From a virus (Duplodnaviria > Caudoviricetes): a DNA stretch of 64,000 nucleotides. A program made the position numbers and the translations under genes. The notes under the pieces were generated by a model that worked only from the letters and a program-made list of their open reading frames with translations, was not told the origin of the DNA and did not search any database. Below, piece by piece: positions 19,622 through 28,415 of the stretch. Location of the stretch: IMG/VR virus record IMGVR_UViG_2923519811_000002, positions 43,026 to 107,025 of that record; one strand, written 5' to 3'. Numbering within the stretch: position 1 is the stretch's first letter; every line of letters starts with the position of its first letter.

Positions 19622-20995
19622 ATGAATTTAGACAAAGAAATCAATTCCCCCGGACTCTTTTGGACCCCTGGAAACGAAGACGCAAAAATCCCTGGAATAC
19701 TAAAAATATCGGACGGCGGCGAAATAACAGTAGAAACAACCTCTGACAAGGATATTTCCTCAAGCGACTTGCATGTCGATAGAATCCTTGGCCACATTGA
19801 GACACTTGGATACGTAACACTTGACGACTGTTTTTACTGGGTAAAAAACTCAATCTTTGGCCTTAACCAACTATCTACCTCAAAAATAAAAGCAAGCCGC
19901 GCGTACATAGGCGCAATCTCGGATGACGACAGCCCTTTACTTTTCACAAAATTCATATTTGACATTGAGCTACTTAATGACTGGCTGAGATTAACAGGCA
20001 TAAAAGTAGACATAGACTATGCAAGAGGCACCGGCACAGTAACCTACGAACCACAACCCCCTATACATATAGAGCTTGATGAAATAAAAATTTCAATCAA
20101 ATTCCGCCACAGCATTCCGAGCCCCAATCAGCTAACTGAAGCCAAGATAACTCACAGCGCATATTTTGAAATCTCAACAGCCCACCCAAAAAATATTGAC
20201 TTCTTCGTATCTCAAGCAAGAAAGACAGCTTCATTTTTCTGCATTGCCACAGACCAAGTTGTGGGAATAAAGAATGTAGAAGCAATTATTCCAGCAACCG
20301 AAACAACAAATGGGCGAGACATAAAAGTAGGCGTGTTCTACCGAAGCCTTCCATTCTCAACAACTCGCCCAACCCTGAGATCAAGACATGACTTCCCATT
20401 TACCTTTCCACAAATCTCAAGCCATTTTCAAGAAATAATAAAGTGCTGGATGAATAACTTTGACTCACTATACCCTTCCATCAATACATACATATCTACA
20501 AAAGATGGCACACACAAATATCTCGAAAACAAATTCCTATCACTAGCGCAAGCTCTAGAGACTTTTAGCAGAAGCACAAATACGGAAACCCAGTTTGAGG
20601 AAGAAGAATTTTCCAAATTATGTGAAACCCTTATCAGGGCCTGCCCTGAAGGGCATAAAGAATGGCTAGCAAGGCGCTTAACCCACGCAAATGAACCAAA
20701 CCTAAGCAAGAGACTAAAAACTCTCTTTCAGCCATTTAATGAACAGATATCCATTGAAACAAGAAAAGTAAAATCCACCATAAGAAAAATCGTTGACTCA
20801 AGAAACTATCTGACCCACCTAGACAATGCCTCTAAAGACAAATGCGCCTCCCCTAAAGAAATGGTCGAACTGACCCATATAATGGACGCAGTATTCATCC
20901 TGACATTATTAAGACATACAGGAATACACGAGGAAGTAATTGAATACATAATACAGAGCCCAAATATCAAGCGCAGATTCACTCCATTTTATTAG
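19622..20995 (+). CDS. ApeA-like HEPN protein (putative anti-phage RNase)
   Basis: GLFWTP...GYVTLDDC N-terminus, LAQALE, RNYLTH RxxxxH motif at 20801-20818; low GC. Confidence 0.8.
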   Translation: MNLDKEINSPGLFWTPGNEDAKIPGILKISDGGEITVETTSDKDISSSDLHVDRILGHIETLGYVTLDDCFYWVKNSIFGLNQLSTSKIKASRAYIGAISDDDSPLLFTKFIFDIELLNDWLRLTGIKVDIDYARGTGTVTYEPQPPIHIELDEIKISIKFRHSIPSPNQLTEAKITHSAYFEISTAHPKNIDFFVSQARKTASFFCIATDQVVGIKNVEAIIPATETTNGRDIKVGVFYRSLPFSTTRPTLRSRHDFPFTFPQISSHFQEIIKCWMNNFDSLYPSINTYISTKDGTHKYLENKFLSLAQALETFSRSTNTETQFEEEEFSKLCETLIRACPEGHKEWLARRLTHANEPNLSKRLKTLFQPFNEQISIETRKVKSTIRKIVDSRNYLTHLDNASKDKCASPKEMVELTHIMDAVFILTLLRHTGIHEEVIEYIIQSPNIKRRFTPFY

Positions 20996-21176
20996 CCATG
21001 ATCAGTCCTAGTGGATTAACTGCACGGCAATTTGAACCCAGCCTGTCTAATACAGCATCGCTGCCAGCCATCCATTGCCACACTCCGTGCACTTAGCAAG
21101 TGCTCAATGCAGGTAGCGTTGCACGAAGCGGCCTCTATAATCGGGCGCCCCTGCGTTCTGGCATCAAGGATGATCG

Positions 21177-22145
21177 ATGGTTGCTTTCTACTGGCTGACT
21201 CTGGGCTACGTCGTTGCGCCTGTTTTGCTCGGCCTGCTGTGCCGCTCCCTGGTCAAACACCAACTCGTGCCGGACTTTTTCAACCGTGCCCCTGCTCGCT
21301 TCAGGGCGCTGGATCAGAAGGTGCTGCTCGCCGGGGGTATCGTCGTCTTCCTGGGGCTGACAGGCATCGTGGCCGGACACAAGGCACTGGGAGGGGATGC
21401 GCCGTTCTGGGTGATGACAATAGCCCCCTTGGCCATGTACATCTGCACGGCCCGCCTGTTCTACCTCCGCTTCAAGCCGCAGATTCTCAAGTTCTCGGCT
21501 ACACGGTTGGCCAAGTGGCTTTTTGCCCTGCTGGTGTTCATTGCAGTGTGGGTCTCCAACGTCTACACCGACAGCATCTTCCTTCACTACACGCGCATCG
21601 CCCCGTCCGATCTGCCTGCAGCGAAGACGGGTGTACTGGCCATCGTGACGGTGTTTGTCTGGGTCACCCTGATCAGCCTTCTGACATTGGTTCCTTACCT
21701 TCTGATTGCACTCGCTCTGGGCGCAATGACGCCCAAGAAAGCGGCGGCGGAAGCGGTCATGTGCCTAAGCCCCGCCAGCCGACAGAGTCCGCCCTCTCCG
21801 CCGTTTGCCGTCACGCTCATCCTATTCGGCGGCCTGGCCTTCAGCAGCATCACCCCGCTCAACCTGTTGGACTACACAAGCAGAAACCCGGAGCTTGAGC
21901 CGTTCGTGCGCAAGCTCATCGTGTTCGCCTCGTTCCACCTGAAAGACAGCCAGTGCACCAACAATCAGCCCGAGGGCAGCCGTTTTGCGCCCCTCGGCTA
22001 CGAGCGCCTGGCCGTCGCCATTCCGGATGAGGAGAAGGGCTACCTGTTCAAGACCCTCAAGTGCCCGAACGGCGACGCGGCCAAGGCGCCAGAGAAGAAG
22101 CCGCAGGTCTCGGTACCCTTGGAGTTCGATCAGCAGGCGCTGTAG
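21177..22145 (+). CDS. Multi-pass membrane protein with a soluble Cys-pair C-terminal domain
   Basis: About six hydrophobic segments; its 3' end is repeated at 49548-49776. Confidence 0.8.
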   Translation: MVAFYWLTLGYVVAPVLLGLLCRSLVKHQLVPDFFNRAPARFRALDQKVLLAGGIVVFLGLTGIVAGHKALGGDAPFWVMTIAPLAMYICTARLFYLRFKPQILKFSATRLAKWLFALLVFIAVWVSNVYTDSIFLHYTRIAPSDLPAAKTGVLAIVTVFVWVTLISLLTLVPYLLIALALGAMTPKKAAAEAVMCLSPASRQSPPSPPFAVTLILFGGLAFSSITPLNLLDYTSRNPELEPFVRKLIVFASFHLKDSQCTNNQPEGSRFAPLGYERLAVAIPDEEKGYLFKTLKCPNGDAAKAPEKKPQVSVPLEFDQQAL

Positions 22146-22181
22146 GTTCGCTTTTTACACCCGAGGGGACGAAGGAACGCC

Positions 22182-22586
22182 ATGATCCCAACCCATAGCA
22201 AGGAGCGGCTGCCGCAGGGGTTTACCTATCCCCTGGGGGCCCAGGTGATAAACGAACTGATCGGCGACGTGCCCCAGTTCGGCAAGATCGAGCTGTGCTT
22301 CAACTGGAAGGACGACTTCCGCGCTTCACGCTGGCGCAAGCGCATCCAGGAGCGCGGGTTAGTTCGGCTCGCCGCGATCAACTACCTGTCCATCTGGGAC
22401 GAATGGCGAATCTACTTCTATTCCGTACCCTCCGACTGCAGCGTGGCGGCCAGAGACTTTCTGCTTGCCGGAGCCCTAGCGCAGGTGGGAGACACCCTGC
22501 GTGGCCTGGTCAACTCGCCCCGACACTTTCACCATGATGTAACGTGGCAACTACCCCCTGTCGCCAACAAACAGAGCACCTCATAG
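22182..22586 (+). CDS. Hypothetical protein
   Basis: 134-aa ORF with AAGGA RBS. Confidence 0.65.
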   Translation: MIPTHSKERLPQGFTYPLGAQVINELIGDVPQFGKIELCFNWKDDFRASRWRKRIQERGLVRLAAINYLSIWDEWRIYFYSVPSDCSVAARDFLLAGALAQVGDTLRGLVNSPRHFHHDVTWQLPPVANKQSTS

Positions 22587-22671
22587 CCCTGTCGATCAGT
22601 CTCACCCTCGAGTACCACGCGCGTACTCGCAGCAAAGCGGCGACTGTAGCTAAGCCTGAACCCACCCTGGC

Positions 22672-22795
22672 CGCATGAAGTCCGCCAGCGAAAGCGACGA
22701 TCCTGGGCGCGCGTCGAAGCTGTTGGGCACACCGACAGCGCATCACGGAGACCGTATATCGCCGCGTCGGCGGGGTCGTCGCCCCTACCCACTGA
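22672..22795 (+). pseudogene. Frameshifted integrase C-terminal remnant of the same family as 13470-14537
   Basis: Reads KSASE...ASKLLG and ITETVYRRVGGVVAPTH* versus KAATE...ASKLLGH...KRVYRRVGEVVKPTK*. Confidence 0.8.
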
Positions 22796-22872
22796 CCTGA
22801 AGTTGCGGAAACGGCCTATCAAGCTGCGGAAACGATCGCTGACGACATCCGCTGGAATTGCGACCTGCAAAA

Positions 22873-22905
22873 ACGCCAAAGCCCCGAATATCGGGGCTTT
22901 GGCGT
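22873..22905. terminator. Hairpin/terminator beside the att copy
   Basis: ACGCCAAAGCCCCGA-ATA-TCGGGGCTTTGGCGT perfect 15-bp stem. Confidence 0.75.
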
Positions 22906-22914
22906 CTATGTATA

Positions 22915-22941
22915 TGGCGGAAGCGGTGAGATTCGAACTCA
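22915..22941 (-). repeat. Duplicated tRNA-Ser 3' end = att core of the phiCTX-like prophage
   Basis: Reverse complement TGAGTTCGAATCTCACCGCTTCCGCCA (T loop plus acceptor and CCA only). Confidence 0.88.
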
Positions 22942-23010
22942 TACGCGCGGCGTTAGCATGGCTGTAACCCACATGAATCGGGGCCTCTGGCGCAGAGAGT
23001 GCCATCTTTT

Positions 23011-23029
23011 TGTTCCCAGACTGTTCCCA
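23011..23029 (+). repeat. TGTTCCCA direct repeat, putative arm sites
   Basis: Copies at 23011-23018 and 23022-23029, about 70 bp inside att. Confidence 0.55.
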
Positions 23030-23104
23030 AGCGCCATCCATGCATCGGGACCGTGAACCGCGTTCCCCATGGATTCGGCTCATTTCGGTTGACCCAACCG
23101 AATC

Positions 23105-23425
23105 GGGTAATAAAGGTTAGCGACACCCCTGAACAATGCTTAAACCCCTCTGGAGCGGGGCTTTCAAGAGTTTGAAGAAAGGTAATTTCTTGGTAATCAA
23201 TTGGTTAGCTGATTACCCGTACTGGCAGTCAGCTGAAACTTCTTACAAATCCTTTAAAATCAATAGATTAGAGAAAAACAACCTTTCTACTTACTTGTCA
23301 TTACCCGCTGAGGTTATGCCCGAAACCCAGCAGCCACACCTCTTCCGGGCATGCCAGACGTAGCACCTAACCGAAATTACCCAGTTTTGGCGGCGCCCCT
23401 GAAAAAGGTCGCTTGAGAACTAACC
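23105..23425. other. Putative replication origin (convergent iterons, AT-rich core, IHF sites)
   Basis: GGTAAT/GGTTAG repeats in both orientations; WATCAANNNNTTR at 23195-23207 and 23258-23270. Confidence 0.55.
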
Positions 23426-23551
23426 CATTAAGTCCGTGGAGCGCAGGGAAATGAAGGGTGATTCTGGCGCTACGACAGGCAAGAAGCGCAGTTACTGGAC
23501 TGCCTGGCGCCGTATGCAGGGCTGCAGAAAAAGCGACCTATTTAGACCGCA

Positions 23552-23570
23552 GGCGTGGCGGGGGGACGAC
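23552..23570 (+). other. cos (cohesive end) site
   Basis: GGCGTGGCGGGGGGACGAC resembles the P2 19-nt cos GGCGAGGCGGGGAAAGCAC; lies between att and portal. Confidence 0.85.
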
Positions 23571-23723
23571 TGCGCGCGCCAACTACGCCGCAAGGACTCA
23601 GGCGCCTAAATTTTGACGAATTTATGTGAATTCCAGGCGAAAGACGGAAAGCCGTCATCCCGACGAACGGCAATGTCAGCGAAACCACTGAATCTGTAAG
23701 GGTTTTCTGCGACAACCGAATGG

Positions 23724-23732
23724 TTATCCACA
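23724..23732 (+). promoter_or_regulatory. DnaA box
   Basis: Exact TTATCCACA. Confidence 0.65.
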
Positions 23733-23802
23733 GATTGTTCAGTTCTTCTCGCCTTGCAAAGGCAAATCGGAACTATAAGATGGGGTTCGTAGGCCGAAAC
23801 CA

Positions 23803-23818
23803 CCACTACATGTTGTGT
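23803..23818. promoter_or_regulatory. NrdR-box-like operator
   Basis: CCACTACATGTTGTGT versus consensus acaCwAtATaTwGtg; follows candidate promoter TTGCAA-N16-TAAGAT (23754-23781). Confidence 0.55.
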
Positions 23819-24041
23819 TTTCTAACTACGACTGCGTAGCGGGAAGACTACGAACGGGAGCGCTTCCGTCGACCAAAACCTGGCGACCCCGTCCGTACCA
23901 CCTGACCCCATACGACAGAAACGACGCTGGCTCAGATAGGGGTGTCAATTAAGCGTGTAGGTGGCGACTCCGTCAATCCACCACTGCCGAACGGCATCTC
24001 CTCCGGGCCAGCACCTTCCTCTGCCCACCCGGAGAAATCCA

Positions 24042-24287
24042 ATGGCAAATCGCAAACAAACTTCCGGCGACGTTTCCAAGCTCGCCTCTGAAACTCTCCG
24101 CAATCCCAACGCCTCCGCCACTGCTAAGAGCCTGGCGGCTTCTGCCTTGGCGCAAACCTCCACAACCAAGGAGACCGGCAAGGATATGGAAGCCAAAGCC
24201 TCCAAGGTTCTGCAATCCGAGAAGTACAGCGATGAGACCAAAACCCTTGCGGCTTCGGTGCTCTCGCAATCGGATAAGAAGCGATGA
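24042..24287 (+). CDS. 81-aa protein made of two helical repeats
   Basis: KQTSGDVSKLASETL...AKSLAASALAQ and KETGKDMEAKASKVL...TKTLAASVLSQ; GGAG RBS. Confidence 0.8.
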   Translation: MANRKQTSGDVSKLASETLRNPNASATAKSLAASALAQTSTTKETGKDMEAKASKVLQSEKYSDETKTLAASVLSQSDKKR

Positions 24288-24299
24288 GTGGTGAAGAAA

Positions 24300-24551
24300 A
24301 TGGCTATCTTCTTCATTGAGTACGATCTGCGCAGGAAGCGGGACTACAAAGCCCTTACTGAAGAACTGGCACGATTCGGTGCCATCCGCGTCCTCGAGTC
24401 CCTCTGGTGCTTTCAGCGTGTAAACGCGAGTGCTACGGGACTGCGAGACCACTTCAGGAACTTCATGGATGCGGACGACGGCATAATCGTCTCCGAAGTT
24501 GGCGAATGGGCAAGCTACAACACCAATGGCAACCCGAACCAACTCAGGTAG
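24300..24551 (+). CDS. Cas2/VapD-like ferredoxin-fold small protein
   Basis: FFIEYDL...Y..L...L...RVLESLW...DDGIIV pattern. Confidence 0.65.
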   Translation: MAIFFIEYDLRRKRDYKALTEELARFGAIRVLESLWCFQRVNASATGLRDHFRNFMDADDGIIVSEVGEWASYNTNGNPNQLR

Positions 24552-24553
24552 CC

Positions 24554-24580
24554 ACTAAGGGCCCCATCGGGGCCCTTAGT
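24554..24580. terminator. Hairpin between the convergent moron and portal genes
   Basis: ACTAAGGGCCCC-ATC-GGGGCCCTTAGT. Confidence 0.75.
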
Positions 24581-24604
24581 CCGTCAAGTCAGCCCGTGAC
24601 CAGC

Positions 24605-25624
24605 CTATTGAGAGGCAGCGGCCTCTGCCCTAAACCCTAGTTCCCACTCAAACCTCACCACCTCCTCCCCCGCCCACTCATTAACCTCCTGGAGCCGCGC
24701 CTGTAGCGGCTCCAGTTCGTTCTGCACCCATACCTCCGTCGCGTCCTTGATCGAGCCGAAGCCGCCGGCGTTCTGCGGGACGATACCCATCAGCTGTGGA
24801 GGGATCCGCAGGCCGGCCAGCATGTCGTCGCGGGTGATGTTCTTTATCGAACCGAACTCATCCTTGGCCGCCACTTCGCTGACGGGGATCAGCTGCAGCC
24901 CCTCCTTCTTGCCGTTCGGGGCATAGACGAACAGGTTGCGGAAGTTGCCTGGGCCCTTGGCGTTCTTCAGCGCGTTGCGCAGGGCATCGATGTCCTCCTC
25001 CTTCTGCGCCGCATCGGTCATGTAGAGGATGAAGCCCGCGTGCGACCCGTTGTTGTAGTACTTGCGGCGGAACAGCGTGGCCGACTCATTGAGCAGGCCG
25101 GACTGGAGGGCCGCCAGCCACTCGGGCATGCCGTACACCTCCTGGTGGATGTCCGCCTCGCGCAGGTGGCAGATGGTCCCCTTCTCGAACTCGTGCTCAT
25201 CCTTCCAGCCGCGCACCAGGTAGTAGCGGTCGAGATCCTCGCCCCGCCGCATGTACTTAGCCAGGCAGGGCTGCAGGGCCACGGACGTGCCGAGCATGGA
25301 CCGGCGGCGCTCCAGGTAGGCATTGCCGGACCAGAGCCAGTCCAGGGCGAACTGCTCGAAGGCCGTCCGGGACAGCAGCCGGTGGGGGACGAACGCCCGG
25401 GCCAGCATGTTGCGCTTGAAGGTCAGCCCCGACTGCAGGTACACGCTCGCCGAGATCGACCGGGACAGACCGTCCAGCGACAACGGCGGCTCGTACCAGC
25501 GCCCGTTGAAGGCGCATTCCAGGTAGTCGAAGATCTCGCGCCCGCTGAGGACCGGCGTCGGGTCGCCAAAGGTGAAGGCCTCGACGCCTGCAGGCGCGGC
25601 GGCTGGGGTTTGGGTGGTCATCAT
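24605..25624 (-). CDS. Portal protein (P2 gpQ)
   Basis: AFTFGDP, WYEPP, YYNNGSHAGFI, KGPGNF. Confidence 0.96.
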   Translation of the reverse strand: MMTTQTPAAAPAGVEAFTFGDPTPVLSGREIFDYLECAFNGRWYEPPLSLDGLSRSISASVYLQSGLTFKRNMLARAFVPHRLLSRTAFEQFALDWLWSGNAYLERRRSMLGTSVALQPCLAKYMRRGEDLDRYYLVRGWKDEHEFEKGTICHLREADIHQEVYGMPEWLAALQSGLLNESATLFRRKYYNNGSHAGFILYMTDAAQKEEDIDALRNALKNAKGPGNFRNLFVYAPNGKKEGLQLIPVSEVAAKDEFGSIKNITRDDMLAGLRIPPQLMGIVPQNAGGFGSIKDATEVWVQNELEPLQARLQEVNEWAGEEVVRFEWELGFRAEAAASQ

Positions 25625-27378
25625 TGCAGCTCCATAAAGCCGGTGTTGGATGTCGTCTGCCCTTCGAGTGGCTCGTTCTGCAGGGCATGGAACAGGGCCC
25701 AGGCCAGATCGGCATGGCCCGTGGTTTCGGTGCGGCCGGCGGTGTAGGTCATGTGGCGACCGCTGGCGGTCATGGTCTTGCGGATGGCCATCAGCGCCTG
25801 GGCGAAGTCGGTCCAGCCGGCGTCGAACTCCAGCCGCCCCTTGTGGATCACGTCGTAGGCCTTCAGCACCAGGCGCGTCTTCACCTCGGGCGAGTAGCTG
25901 AAGGTCACCAGGTTGGGGAAGAACTGCTTAACCAGCTGCGCCACGCCCGAGCCCATGCCCGTGGTATCGATGCCGATGTAGGTGACCCAGAAGCGCTCGG
26001 TGATTTCCTTGATCACCTTGGCCTGGGCCGCGAAATCCATGCCCCTGAACTGGTGCTTCTCCAGCACCCGGAAGGCCCCGCCCGGCACCTGCGGCGGCGC
26101 CACCACCACCAGGCCGGCGGTATCCCCGGTCTCGGCCGGGTCGTAGCCCACCCACACCGGCCAGCTGGCGTAGGGGCGCTTGGCGAAGGGCTTGTACTCC
26201 CCTTCCCACTTCACCCAGCTGTCCACCATGCAAGGCTGCAGCATGGCCAGGGGGAAGACCGACGCCCCGTCGTCCACGAACTCGCACATCAGCAGGTTGG
26301 CGAAGGCCTCGGGCGAGTACTCGAAGCGCAGCTCATCGATATCGAACAGGTCGCAGCCCCGGTCCGCCGCGTCCAGGATGGTGACGATCTGCCGCCAGAT
26401 CTTGTCCTCGCACAGGCGTCCCTGCTGCAGCGCGCCGTGGCTCACGTCCACCTTCAGGTGCTGCGCCGCCGGCTTGCCCCGGTTGAACACCTCCCCGGTC
26501 CAGAACGTGTACGCCTCGTGGGCCATGCTCGACGGCGTCGAGAAGTACGTCTTGCGCCACCTCTTGTGCATCGCCATGCCGCTGGCGACCTTGTTCAGCT
26601 CCTGGAACTTGAAGGTCCAGAAGAACTCGTCGAAATAGAAATTCCCGTGATAGCCCTGGGCCGTGCGCGCGTTGGTACCGAGGAAGTGCAGCTCGGCGCC
26701 ATTGGGCAGGATGATCGGGTCGCCGGTGAGATCGACGCCCGTCACCTCGCGGGCAAAGGCCTGGATATAGGCCTTGAAGATGTGCGCCTGATTCTTCGAG
26801 GCGGACAGGAAGATCTGGTTTCGGCCCGTGCTAAGCGCATCGATCAGCGCCTCCCGGGCGAAGTAGTAGGTCGCGCCGATCTGGCGTGACTTCAGGATCA
26901 CCCGGGTGCGCTGGTTGCCGGCCCGGTACCAATCCTTCTGGTAGTCGAAGCAGCCATCGAGGAAGGCCTCGACCAGCCGCTCCACCTGGTCCTCGCTGAA
27001 CTCGTTGCGCCGAGGCTTCGCCTTCGGCCCCGCATTGCGCTTGGCCAGCTCCGGGTTGAGGTCCGTTTCGGTACCGCCGCCCTGGTAACGCTGAATCCTC
27101 GCCTGCCGCTCCAGCTGCCGGTGCAGCAGATCGATCTCCTTGAAATCGCCGCCGGTCTTGCCGTCCTTGAGGATCAGCTGCACGAGCCGCGCCTCCAGCG
27201 CACCCCCGATGCGCTCGACGTTGCCCGCCCGGTCCCACTCATCCCGGGCCTTCCAGCTGTGCAGGGTCTTTTCCTTCTCGCCCAAGAGATCGGCGATATC
27301 GGTGACGCGCCACCCCATCCAGTACAGGTGCTTGGCGTGGCGTCGAGGGTCGGTCGGGAGGCTGGCGATAGCGTTCAT
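25621..27378 (-). CDS. Terminase ATPase subunit (gpP)
   Basis: KSRQIGAT, YFDEFFW, GYDPA, GHADLAWA. Confidence 0.97.
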   Translation of the reverse strand: MNAIASLPTDPRRHAKHLYWMGWRVTDIADLLGEKEKTLHSWKARDEWDRAGNVERIGGALEARLVQLILKDGKTGGDFKEIDLLHRQLERQARIQRYQGGGTETDLNPELAKRNAGPKAKPRRNEFSEDQVERLVEAFLDGCFDYQKDWYRAGNQRTRVILKSRQIGATYYFAREALIDALSTGRNQIFLSASKNQAHIFKAYIQAFAREVTGVDLTGDPIILPNGAELHFLGTNARTAQGYHGNFYFDEFFWTFKFQELNKVASGMAMHKRWRKTYFSTPSSMAHEAYTFWTGEVFNRGKPAAQHLKVDVSHGALQQGRLCEDKIWRQIVTILDAADRGCDLFDIDELRFEYSPEAFANLLMCEFVDDGASVFPLAMLQPCMVDSWVKWEGEYKPFAKRPYASWPVWVGYDPAETGDTAGLVVVAPPQVPGGAFRVLEKHQFRGMDFAAQAKVIKEITERFWVTYIGIDTTGMGSGVAQLVKQFFPNLVTFSYSPEVKTRLVLKAYDVIHKGRLEFDAGWTDFAQALMAIRKTMTASGRHMTYTAGRTETTGHADLAWALFHALQNEPLEGQTTSNTGFMELQ

Positions 27379-27425
27379 GGCGCCGATGCTGCCGCCCGCG
27401 CGCGAAGCACACCCGCACCGCCCCT

Positions 27426-27445
27426 TGTATCCCCTGCCCCTACAA
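27426..27445. promoter_or_regulatory. Ogr-type late activator site between the divergent P and O genes
   Basis: TGTA-N11-TACAA, also found before V and FI. Confidence 0.7.
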
Positions 27446-27532
27446 AGCCCGCGCGTTGCCCGCCCAGGGCCGTCTGCCGACCATGCCCCTCAACGCCGAC
27501 TGCGGCAAAGCAGCTGAAACCGAGGACACCCC

Positions 27533-28372
27533 ATGAAGAAATTCCGCTCGAAGTGGCTCCGCGTTGCCGTGGAAGGCGCCACTACCGACAAGCGCGTGAT
27601 CAAGCGCAGCTGGCTGGAGCAGGCCGCCAAGAACTTCAGCCAGAACACCTACGGCGCCCGCATCTGGCTGGAGCACTTCCGCAGCCTGCTGCCCGACGGC
27701 CCCTTCAAGGCCTACGGCGACGTCGTCGCCCTCAAGACCGAAGAGGTGGAGATCTCCGGCCAGAAGAAGCTCGCCCTCTACGCCCAACTGGAGCCCACCA
27801 GCGAACTGCTCGCCCTCAACAAGGCCAAGCAGAAGATCTACACCTCCATCGAGCTCGACGAGAACTTCGCCGACAGCGGCGAGGCCTACATGGTCGGCCT
27901 CGCCGTCACCGACTCCCCGGCCAGCCTGGGGACCGACGTCCTCGCCTTCTCCGCGCAGAAGCCCGAAGCAAGCCCCTTCCGCGGCCGCCACTACTCCGAG
28001 ACCTCCATGTTCTCCGAGGCCATCGAAGCCGATCTCGAATTCGAAGAAGTCACCGACCAGGTGGGGCTGTTCGGCAGCCTCAAGACCGCCATCAGCGACC
28101 TCATCAGCAAGGGCAAGGACAGGGAAGGCCGGGACGCCGCCACCTTCAACGAGCTGGGCGAAACCCTCGAAGGCCTCGTCACCTTCGCCACCCAGCAGCA
28201 GGCGCACGCAGCCAGGGCCGACACCGCCATCGCCAACCTCACGAAGGCGGTAGAGACCATCACCACCGACTTCGCCGCCCTGAAGGAGCAGCTCGGCAAG
28301 ACCCAGGACCTCAGCCAGAAGCAACGCCCGCCGGTCACCGGTGACAAGCAGCGCGTCGTAACCGACTGCTGA
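27533..28372 (+). CDS. Capsid scaffolding protein (gpO)
   Basis: VAVEGATTDKR, GLAVTDSPASLGT, VTDC end. Confidence 0.95.
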   Translation: MKKFRSKWLRVAVEGATTDKRVIKRSWLEQAAKNFSQNTYGARIWLEHFRSLLPDGPFKAYGDVVALKTEEVEISGQKKLALYAQLEPTSELLALNKAKQKIYTSIELDENFADSGEAYMVGLAVTDSPASLGTDVLAFSAQKPEASPFRGRHYSETSMFSEAIEADLEFEEVTDQVGLFGSLKTAISDLISKGKDREGRDAATFNELGETLEGLVTFATQQQAHAARADTAIANLTKAVETITTDFAALKEQLGKTQDLSQKQRPPVTGDKQRVVTDC

Positions 28373-28415
28373 TCCCCACGGACAGCCAGCAGCCAAGGAA
28401 CAACCGGAGAGCCCC

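Larger units (their letters stand above)
18565..22914. mobile_element. Decayed composite prophage remnant between gacA and the tRNA-Ser att copy
   Basis: C4 module, frameshifted gpD fragment, low-GC cargo, integrase C-terminal relic. Confidence 0.8.

Noticed and set aside
22915-22941. Functional tRNA-Ser gene
   Set aside because: Only the 3' 27 nt are present, with no D arm or anticodon arm; treated as an att copy
23136-23363. 75-aa ORF in the att-cos interval
   Set aside because: No clear RBS or motif; it overlies the iteron/IHF region, which is better explained as cis-acting DNA
24300-24551. CRISPR-Cas locus suggested by the Cas2-like gene
   Set aside because: No cas1 or other cas genes and no repeat-spacer array seen in the window
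23571-24604. phiCTX ctx cytotoxin gene
   Set aside because: The slot holds two ~80-aa ORFs and nothing of cytotoxin size
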